From Amoebophrya sp. A120 (taxonomy: Eukaryota; Protista; Dinoflagellata): DNA of 64,000 nucleotides. Positions within the stretch are counted from its first letter, which is position 1; each line of letters opens with the position of its first letter. This document shows, piece by piece, positions 22,978 through 32,644 of the stretch. The position numbers and the translations under genes were made by a program. The DNA lies in NCBI GenBank assembly GCA_905178155.1, contig CAJINV010000022.1:793172-857171 (forward strand), read 5' to 3'. The notes below the pieces were generated by a model that did no database searches, had not been told where the DNA came from, and worked only from the letters and a program-made list of their open reading frames with translations.

Positions 22978-23739
22978 TCCCATCCAGCCACTATCTGTCT
23001 CCCGTAGTACAAAACTTGTCGATACCGAATTCTTTTGGGATATAAAGGGAGAACGTGTACAGTTTTTGTTTTGCCGTACCATGCCAGCCTGTGAAAGATC
23101 TAGCTTTACAAAAATAGCAATACCATGACGAATTCGCATCCACAAGCACACTGAAAGCCTAATCTAAAGATGATCATGTACAGTCAGCATATATTGAAGA
23201 CTACAGAAGTGACGCGAAGAAATCCACAAGTCGCATACATGTCCACAAGTCGCATGATGCAAAGAAATCCCCGACAGATGAACGCAAAGAAAGCTCGAGG
23301 AATACGAACGGACAAGGAAACAGCCGCCGGCGAGCGCGCTGAGCTACGGGGGGATCAACATGCGTTTTGACAGTGCGACGATTTTGAACAAGGAAAAAAA
23401 AGCGTGACGAAAAAGAAGAAGATGAAAAGTGGAACACCATCATGCTCTTTTGTTCAAAGGCCCTTGCAGTGGGACCAGCCACTCTTGTAGTGGTGAGAGA
23501 GTGAAAGTGACCAAGAAAACGACCCTCAAGCAAGTACGATGTTGACAACGACGAAAACAATCGGCGTTTTTTACGACTGCCGGGCACACTTTGGGCAGTT
23601 GCACTTAGGAAGGTCCGAGAGGAAACAAGTTCTCCTTCTTGTGGTCTCGATTCTCTTCTGAACGTTTTTTCGAATTTGTCATGCGTACTGACCTCTCCGC
23701 ACAGGCCTGCCCTCTTCAATATTTTCTTCTCTGGCGCGT

Positions 23740-26080
23740 ACGAACATGTCGAGAAAAAAAAAAATACCGTAGAAAAAATCAAAAAGCACCTAGAAAAAAT
23801 CAAACCGTGCTCCCACTGCAGAAAAAACCAGTCGGGTGCTTTGAGAAAAATCGAGAAGAATGCAAGAAAAAACTTTCTCCGCGCGCGCGCTGCGCGCGCA
23901 GCGAGGTTGTTTCTCAGCGTCTCTGCACATGGGGCGCGCCCCAACCTCCGTCTGTCGCTTGAAAAATTTTCTCCGCGCGCTGCGCGCGCGGGTTTCCTGC
24001 CTCGCCCTTCTTCTTGGCCGCCGAGTATGTGGGTGCGGTTCTTCTCCACACAATGCGCGGCCCCGCCTGGCCGCGTGGCCCGCTTGCCGCAAAAATTTTC
24101 ATTCTCCGCGCGCTGCGCGCGCAGCGAGGTTTCTTGTCAGCGCTCCCCACATTTGGGGCGCGCACCCACCTCCGTCTGCCGCTTCAAAAATTTTCTCCGC
24201 GCGCCGCGCGCGCGGCGACGTTGCTTCTTAGCGTTCCCCGCACATGGGGCGCGCCCCCCACCTTCGCCTGTCGCTTGAAAAATTCGCTCCGCGCGCTGCG
24301 CGCGCGACGAGGTTGCTTGCAAACGTTCCCAGCACGTGTGGCACGCCCCCACCCCCGTCTGCCCTTTGAAAATTTTCTCCGCGCGCCGCGCGCGCGCCGA
24401 GGTTGCTTCTCAGCATTCCCCACGCATGGGGCGCGCCCCCATCTCCGTCTGTCCCTTGAAAAATTTGCTCCGCGCGTTGCGAGCGCGGCATTGCTACCGC
24501 TGCCGTCTTCTTGGCCACGAAGTATGTCGGCCCGGATCGTCTGCACCCAATGCCGCGCGCGTCCGCTTGGTCGGTTGCGTAGCCCGCTGCTCGAAAAAAT
24601 TTCCCCCGCGCGCTGCGCGCGCGGCGAGGTTGCTTCTTAGGGTTCCCCACACATGAGACGCGCCCCCGCCTTCGTTTGTCGCCTGAAAAATTCTCTCCGC
24701 GCGCTGCGCGCGCGGCGTGGTTGCCCCTCGGCGTTCCCCACACATGTGGCGCGCCCCCGCCTTCGCCTGCCGCTTGGAAAATTTTCTCCGCGCGCTGCGC
24801 GCGCGGCGAGGTTGCTTCCCAACGTCCCCTGCACATGGGGCGCGCCCCCACCCCCGTCTGCCCTTTGAAAAATTTTCTCCGCGCGCTGCGCGGTGGCTTC
24901 TCAGCATTCCCCACGCATGGGGCGCGCCCCCGTCTCCATCTGTCGCTTGACAAATTTGCTCCGCGCGCTGCGAGCGCGGCATTGCTACCTCTACTGTCTT
25001 CTTGGCCGCGAAGTATGTCGGCTCGGCTCGTCTGCACCCAATGCCGCGCGCTTCCGCTTGGTTGGTTGCGTGGCCCGCTTTTCGGAAAAATTTTCCCCGC
25101 GCGCTGCGCGCGCGGCGAGGTTGCTTCTTAGCGTTCCCCACACATGGGGCGCGCCCCCGCCTTCGTCTGTCGCTTGAAAAATTTTCTCCGCGCGCTTCGC
25201 GCGCGCCCTTGCTGTCTCTGCCTTCTTCTTGCCCGCGAAGTGTGTCGGGTTCGTTGGCTACCCTGCGCCCAATGCGCCCGCTCCCTCGCTTGGCTGCGTT
25301 TCCCGCTTGTCGGAAAAATTTTCTCCGCGCGCAGCGCGCGCGGCGTGGTTGCCTCGCCACGCTACCCGCGCCCACCGCGCGCCCCCGCTTGCGATGTCAC
25401 TTGGGAAATTATCTCCGGGCGCTGCGCGCGCGGCTTTGTTATTTCTCTTTTCTCGGCCGCGAGGTCCGCTTTGTTTTGCACACCCAGTGCGCCCAGCCCC
25501 GCCTGGTTGCGTGGGTGGCGGGCCCGTTGGCCTGAAAGGAAAACGAACCGCGTCCGCTTGCAAGGCGAGGCCGTTTCTCAGCGTTGCCCACACATGGGGC
25601 GCGCTCCCACCTCCGTCTGGCGCTTCGCGGTGCTGGGGCTTCGCGCATCGCTTGGCGCGTGCGCGTGTGTTCGGTTTTTCCGCTTCTGGGTGGAGGTCTT
25701 TTGATTTTCCCCGGAGGTGTTTGATTTTTTCTACCGTATTTTGGAGGTTTTCGGCCGCTGGCCTCGAATGGGCGGGACGAGAAGACTTTCGAGAAAAAGC
25801 GAGAACCTCGAGAAAAAGTGAGAACTTCTCGAGTTCTTGCCATTTTCTCGCTTCTCTCGGTTTCGGACGAGTTCCATTTGATTTTTTCTACAGCTGTAGA
25901 AAAAATCAAAGCGAGGCGTTTGTTTCTTGTGGGAAAAGCCGTCGTCTTTGTGTTTTCTCGTTTGATTTTCTCTTTATATCTTTTCTCTTCTTTTTTCTCT
26001 TTTATTCTCGTTATGATTTTTTCTACCGTTTTTTGATTTTTTCTACCATCACTAGAAAAAATCAAATATTTTATGCGCGG
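23740..26080. repeat. GC-rich ~91-bp satellite array (~23865-25620) flanked by inverted gtagaaaaaatcaaa arrays; probable foldback element
   Basis: Unit gaaaaattttctccgcgcgctgcgcgcgcggcgaggttgcttc...catggggcgcgccccc, about 16 copies. aaaataccgtagaaaaaatcaaa (23761) is inverted at 25720-25742. Confidence 0.8.
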
Positions 26081-27177
26081 CGACTGGAAGAACGGCAGTA
26101 ACCCAAGTTTATTTCGTCTTGTATCGTTTTCAGTATTACAAATTTGATCGTAGTCTTGGTCCGAGTGGTTCTGGAGGTTGTTAGGTAGTGCGTTTCGAAA
26201 AAATGCGAAATGTGCTCCAAGTTGCCGCTCTAGCATTACAAACTACTACTTTTTTGCCCCTTTCCTTCTTCTTCTTTAGCGAAACACGATAAGCCGGGCA
26301 CAAACGTATTGTCCTTGTGTTTATTTCGACTTTCATCGTTTTCAGCATTACAGAATTGAGGTCAACTCCCTCTTTTGTGCTTCTCTCTTTCTTCTTTATA
26401 ACCTGATCGGCAGTTGCTCGCCTCGTTTTTTATCTTTCTGTCTGCGAAAAAAGATCGAAGTTTTTGGATATTAACCTGCGAAAAAAGATCCGGAAATACG
26501 GAGAAAATTCACCTTCAGTTGCTTAGCTTGTTTAGGCTGTGCAAAATTCCTTGTCGAGTATCAAAAAAGCCGCTCCATTTTTGAACCCAAACTGATAGTT
26601 GATTGGCACATCCGTAAGAATAAGGTGAAGCAGTGGCCAAAGCTTTCGCGGGGACTTTTAATTGTTGAAAAGCGCATGACAGACCTGTTGTTCGTCTTTT
26701 AACACGCTGCTACGAGAGACACGGGGAAAACAACAAAAAGGCTGAGAGAACTCAGAACCATTGACCTCAAGCAAGTACGATGTTGACAACGGCGAAAACA
26801 ATCAGCCGCAAGCTTGATGCCGCCTTAGTTGCAAAAAACGCTTCGAAGAAGCTTTTTGGTTGCAATATTGAACGGTGGACGTGCTACTTCTACTTGCACT
26901 TGTACTTCTTACCATAAAGAACTAGCGGCGGTTCATAAAAAAATCATACGTCGGACTGGATCCAATCCTGAACGCCGGTTTGTGGATGTACTGGTGTGTT
27001 GAGCGTAGGTTGTTTATTTTTTATCGTGTGAGGATTAAGATATTGGCTTTTTTCTCCTGGTCGCCGACACTTCCACTACTAGGCCGTCGCAACCAGGATG
27101 CAATAGAGTACATACTTTGTGTCATCTAGAAGAGGACACCCGTTTGATATTTCGTAGGGGAATAGAAGTAAACGAAG

Positions 27178-30100
27178 ATGGCGGCGTTTTTCTGGTCGTG
27201 TAGTTTCTCTGTGGTTCTGGTCACCTTCGCAACGGCCAGCAGCACGAACGTCGTTGCAATCAAAAACGCCTCGAGAACTACCACCTCATCTGCTTCACCA
27301 CCGTCCCATCTAATCCAGAATCTCGCAAGACGGTTTTTCCTATGGAGAGAAAAAAGTTTGTCACAGTCACTAACTTGCAGGTTTTGCATTACAAATTTTC
27401 TCAGCATCACAAACTTTCCTTGTATTGCAGAAACACTAGGGAAATCCAAATCCCTAATGAAGTTTGGCTGTGATGCATTTTTACGCATGACAAACAATTT
27501 TGTATTGCAGGAATGCGCATGAGTGATCGTGACGAACTTTTTTTCTTTGATATTTCCTGCCTCGTGATTATTCCGCCTCAGCGCAGCGGGAGGTGCAGGA
27601 GCTTGCTTCCCGATTGAAAAGCCGGGAACATATCAAAAGGAAAAATCCCCCCTCCCCATATTGAAAACGCAGCCTTCTGAAAATTCGTGATGCAGATTTG
27701 TGGCTACAAATCCTGACTGTGTTGCAAGAAGGCAAAGCCAGAGAGTCCGCCGTATTATGCAGGCGGTTTGTGATGCTGTTGGGCCTACAGTGCGGATATT
27801 TTTCATGCTAAGCGCCTAGGCCAAAGCCTCGCTTTTCGCACTTAGTATGGGCCTGCAGTGCTCTCCAGCAAGACATCTAGGATTTGCGTACGCAAATCCA
27901 GCATCAGAAATTCCGTTTTGATATGGGGAGGGGGGACATTTCCTTTCGATAAAACAGGATCGGGAACGACCAGCTGGCGGGGGCGAGGATGCGGGGTCTA
28001 CTTCTGCATCTGCTCCCTTGTTGCTTTCCGTATCAAGTGCAAAAATGTCTGGATCTGGAAGATGCAAGCTCTGTCATGCAGCTTTCGCATGGGCCAGAAG
28101 GTCTGGAATGTGAGCACTAGCATCACAAGTTTTGAGAAGGCCCTCTAATGCTGAATGCGCATGAGAAATACCGCCTTCTGGTAACCAGAAGTGAGGACTT
28201 TTGCTGGTCCCGCAATACAGATTTTTGTGTCGATCAGATTTAGCATGACAAACTCGGACTCTTCCAGACCCAGATGACATATTTGCATTTGATATTCCGG
28301 ACTTTCCAACAACGACTTGCTGGAACAGCGACTGTATCCTGTGCAAAAGTATCGTACTCGTAGTAATTGCAGTCATGCATTACAAATTTCTTTCTTAAGT
28401 TAAATCCGCATTACAAATTTTATTTCTCATGCTGAGGAAATTTGTATTGCAATTACTATATATTATATTCATGCGAAAAAAGAGGTAGACAGAGGGTAAA
28501 CAAGAGGTGGCCGAGAGGTCAAAAAGAGGTCAAAAGAGGTAGAAAAGAGGTCGACAGAGGTGGAGAGGTGGCGCGGGACCCCATTCGCGAGGGTCGGCGA
28601 GAGGGTGCGCGAGTATAGCCCGCCGAAGCGCTCACCCTAAAGCGCCGCCTAAGTGCCTGAGAGGGTGCAGAGAGGTCAAAAAGAGGGGGCGCGAGAGGTC
28701 GACAGAGGTGGAGAGAGGTGGCGCGAATAAGGTGCGACCTCTCGCGGACCCTCTTGGCCACCTCTCGGCCACCTCTGTTGACCTCTGCCCACGAGTATAG
28801 CCGGATTATTAGCGGGGACCCCCAAAAGAGGTCAAAAAGAGGGTCTGCGGGAGGTCTGTGAGAGGGTAAAAGCACACCTAAGCGGGCGCGAATCCCCATG
28901 GCACTCCCCGTATTTGGCATTGCAGGCCATTCGCGGACTTGTTTTGTTCGGCGCCTTTCCGCGCCACCCCCACGCGCACCCTCTCGCGCCACCCTCTCGC
29001 GCACCCCCTCGCGCAAAACCTCTCGCGCAACCCTCTCGCGCAACCCTCTCGCGCCACCCTCCCGCGCCACCCTCTCGCGCTACCCTCTTGCGCTACCCTC
29101 TCGCGCCGGGCGGCTTCTGTTCGCCCCCGGTGTTCTTTGCAGCTGCTCCCTGCGCAGAGCGCCCACAGGCGCGGGAAGCGCGCAAGTGGTCCTGCGGGTT
29201 GGCGCGGCGCAAACTCCAGTATGTTTCGTTGTGAAGGACTCCAGTATCTTTCGCTGTGCACAGGCACGTGGCGTTGTGGTCCGATCGGCAAACTGTCTTG
29301 CCCCGGCCCAACAGCCTTGCGCTCCGGCGGCAGCCGGAGCATGGCTGGTTTGTACTAGTGCGATGCTTTTGCATTTCATAGACTGGGCGAGGAACTGTTC
29401 GTGCGTGCAGGAATAGACGATAACTTCGAGCAAGGAGTGTGGGACGCGACCAGAGATTCCTCTGCTGGTGCTCCTCGTGATTCTGACGTGTATGGATTGT
29501 AAAAATGTCTGGGTCTGGAAGAATGCATGTTTGTCATGCTTGTCCGGCATGACTCTCAAATCTGTCATGCACCTTACCCAAGAGCGCCATTTTTCTGTCA
29601 ACATGCAGAAACGCAGTTTGTCATGCAGAATACGCAGCACCTAGAAGCTCAGAAACTTGTCATGCTGAGCCAGCACTTGCGGCCTCCGCATGATACGCCA
29701 CCCAGCATCACAAGTTTCCAGACCCAGACATATTTGCATTTGATAAAGCGACGACCGCACCGACGACGCCGTCCGCCGTGACATATGCAAGAAAAAAACT
29801 GTGTAAGTGTAAACTTGTGTTGCAGAAGATGCAACAGAGTTACGCCTGTCATGCCAGACAGCTATGAAATCCTCTTTTCATGTGTGTTTTCCCTTACAAA
29901 CCACACATGACAGGTTTTCTCTGTCATGTAGAGCAAATTTGTGATGCTGTTCCTCAAAGAAAGTTACACTTACACACTTTTTTTCGTGGATATGACACAG
30001 GCAACCTTCAACCAGGTGGACCTTTCCAAGAAGCAGCAGGAGGGCTCTACTGTAGTACCTTCCAACGAGCAGCCCCCTCTCGTCGACCGACCCTATTTGA

Positions 30101-31463
30101 CTCCGTTGGAGTGCTATCAAGTGCAAATATCCCTGGATGTCTGGAAGAGTAAAAACTTGTCATGCAGAATTTCTATGCCCCATGAGGTCTGAAATGCAGG
30201 ATCTAGCATGACAGATTCTACTGCAAGGTCTCTATCATGCCTGTCCTGCATGAGAAACTCCCTCTCATGGTGGGCAGATGCGGGCAACTTTTGGTGATCA
30301 CGCAAGACAGATTTTTGTGTGATCCACAGGACGCATCACAAGTTCCGCTCTCCCAGAGGACCCAGACGTATTTGCATTTGATAAGTGCCATCGCGTCGCC
30401 AAAGTTCTGCTGAACGCAATTCAGCCCGCGGGGATTATCCTGTGCAAAAGTATCGTACTCGTATTGCAATCATGCATTACAAATCTTTTTCTTAAGGTGA
30501 AGCAGCATTACAAATTTTATTTCTCATGCTGGAAAAATCTGTAATGCATTTCTACGAGTACGATGCCTTTGCAATGCATAGGGATACTGCGGGTGCTATC
30601 CTGTGTAAAAACGTCCCCACCACACACTTGTAATGCCAATCTGCATGCTGAAAATATTTCTCATGCGGAGCCCCATGAGAAGCATTTTCTAGTTGTGTTT
30701 CGGAATCGGTCATGCTCCAATCAGCATGACATGCTAGATCTGTGATGCTGCTTCACTACTAGCTGATGCTGAACAGGATTACACTACGAGGCCAATTGTC
30801 ATGCGCAACAGCCAAAGCAATTTGATTTGTCTAGCAGATTTCCCATGTTGATTATGGGGTGGGGACCACGGTTTTCAACATGATAGGTGCCGTTGCGGGC
30901 TTATCAGAACATCGCGGACCCCTTGGTGTTGAAATTCATCGCGAAGTGTATGGGCGGAGTCGTAGAGAACGCGCACCTAGTGCCGGAAACCTGTTGGTCA
31001 ACCTGCACTCTGGCGGACGTGTTTTTGAAAAGATACGCCAACCACGACATCGAATGGGGTGATTATCAAAAGGAAAAATCCCCTCTCCCCATATCGAAAA
31101 CGAAATTTGTGAAGCTGTATTTCAATACACAAATCGACTTGTAATGCTAGAAGGCCAAGCGCCGCAATTGTGGCCTCGTTTGCAGGCAATTTGTCATGCC
31201 GTTTCCCGCTTCCGGCTGCCTCCTGTCATGCTGAGGATGCAACGCTTTCCCACGCCAACCACAACTACAGTCCGCATCTTTATTTCCCTCCTAGCATGAC
31301 AAAGCTGATTTGTGGCCGCAAATCTGCATCACAGATTTCTGTTTTGATATGGGGAGGGGGGATTTTTCCTGACTATAGTGATGACGTTGTAATCCCGCAG
31401 ATGTTGGCGCAGCTTCGCGAGCACCTGCGCAGCTGGTCTCACGCCCGGGAAAACGAGAAAAGG
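27178..31463 (+). CDS. Host gene for an unknown protein with signal peptide; 10 complete introners plus an 11th interrupted one; 3' part outside the window or disrupted
   Basis: Manual splicing gives one stop-free frame: MAAFFWSCSFSVVLVTFATA...RRFFLPRDYS...LLSGLSNNDLLEQRLGEELF...PLECHRVAKVLLNAIQPAGILRVPLRAYQ...IEWGDDVVIPQML...ENEKR. Confidence 0.85.
27341..27552. mobile_element. Introner family H
   Basis: tatggagagaaaaaagtttgtcac...gtgacgaactttttttctttgata; DR tttcc/tttcc. Confidence 0.85.
27631..27951. mobile_element. Introner family F
   Basis: Family F TIR; DR gaaca/aaaca. Confidence 0.9.
28031..28294. mobile_element. Introner family A
   Basis: Family A TIR; DR ttccg/ttccg. Confidence 0.9.
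28335..29380. mobile_element. Introner family D carrying a nested ~894-bp insertion
   Basis: Left part matches 30436-30580; right TIR at 29358-29380; DR gactg/gactg. Confidence 0.85.
28459..29352. mobile_element. Nested non-coding insertion rich in gagagg/cctctc inverted motifs
   Basis: Flanked by tacta (28454-28458) and tacta (29353-29357); accctctcgcgc tandem at ~28978-29106. Confidence 0.65.
29491..29745. mobile_element. Introner family A
   Basis: Family A TIR; DR acgtg/aagcg. Confidence 0.9.
29784..29992. mobile_element. Introner family G
   Basis: tatgcaagaaaaaaactgtgtaagtgtaa...ttacacttacacactttttttcgtggata; DR tgaca/tgaca. Confidence 0.85.
30115..30383. mobile_element. Introner family A
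   Basis: Family A TIR; DR agtgc/agtgc. Confidence 0.9.
30436..30580. mobile_element. Introner family D
   Basis: tatcctgtgcaaaagtatcgtactcgta...tacgagtacgatgcctttgcaatgcata; DR gggat/gggat. Confidence 0.9.
30597..30885. mobile_element. Introner family B
   Basis: Similar to 13550-13835; DR ggtgc/ggtgc. Confidence 0.85.
31064..31377. mobile_element. Introner family F
   Basis: Family F TIR; DR gtgat/gtgat. Confidence 0.9.
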
Positions 31464-31577
31464 TATGCATTGCAAATATGTCTGGGTCTGGAAACTTGTG
31501 ATGCTGAGTTGCGTAGCATGAGGAGGCCAAAAGTGATGGCTCAGCATGACAAGTTTTCGAGCTTCTAGGTGTTGCCT
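31464..31577. mobile_element. Introner family A, left 114 bp only (interrupted)
   Basis: Collinear with 12433-12684 and the reverse of 13990-14245 up to ...ggtgttgcct, then homology stops. Confidence 0.85.
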
Positions 31578-32644
31578 TACTGGTGTAACGGACCCCCAAA
31601 ATTACGGAGGTCGAAACTTGCAATCAAGTTGCCAAAGACTTGCGCGACCCAGCACATTCGAGGTCGTGACAGCTTCAACATGAGCTGTTCTGTGACGCAC
31701 CTTTGACACCGGCCGGCTTTGCAACTAACAACAAGACGCGAAGCTGTGGCACGGTGCAACGCTTTTCGTGCCTTGACGGGCGCAATATGATTGGGCAGAG
31801 TCGCTACGTCTTAAGCTTTCTAACGGGCGCGCTCTGAGGGAGCATTTAGTTTTATTTTCTTGCTTGGCTCAGTGAGAGGAAAAAGAGGGGCGACCTTTGT
31901 TTCACTATCTTGAAGGCTGTTTCTAAGTTCTCTACTCAACAGAGACTAAAGCGCGTCTGACATCTAGGCGCCCTACGAATTCAGGCTGAATCGTAACGAC
32001 AATGCGAAGGAGAACGATACTACGATGAAGCTCTGCCAAAATTAAGTAAACCGACCTTCTTCTTTTTTCACGAAAAACCGACCGGCAGAGCAGACGAACG
32101 CGACTGCGCGACTGGTTGCACGACAAGCGCGACGACTACGAGCGCCCGCACTTGTATCCCGCCCGGGGAGGCGGCGGCGACGCGTCTCATCGTACCGAAA
32201 ACTGACGCACAGAGTACTCGACAACCAGGAGAAGACACCATATTTATGCGAAAACCGAAGCAGCATATCTTTGCTGAATGTGGTAAGGAGAAAGACCGAT
32301 GCCCCATGTCAGTGAGCGCCGACCACTCACCGAGCAGGCGCACAAGTGGCTCCACAGGTCCACTCTCCCGACAGCACCGAGCTGGCCAAAGAGCGCGATA
32401 GGAAAAAAGCGAGGCGGCCCCGGCGGGTGTTCACGAAAAACGCCCGTCGGCCGTTTTTGCTTGTCTAGCTTCTTCCTGCTGCGTCAGTCATGATTTTATG
32501 CCGTTGCGTGCATCTCAAGCGTATATTTGCGAAAGCGTCTATGTGCGTAATTTAGCGTATATGTGCGAAATTCATTTTCATTGGCCAAGTTGCGTTTTGG
32601 TTTCGAAGTCGGCACAACGTGCGCTGCGAGGCTTCCATATTTAT

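Noticed and set aside
23201-26236. Many 100-290 aa Arg/Ala-rich ORFs
   Set aside because: Translations of a GC-rich satellite, open in many frames on both strands
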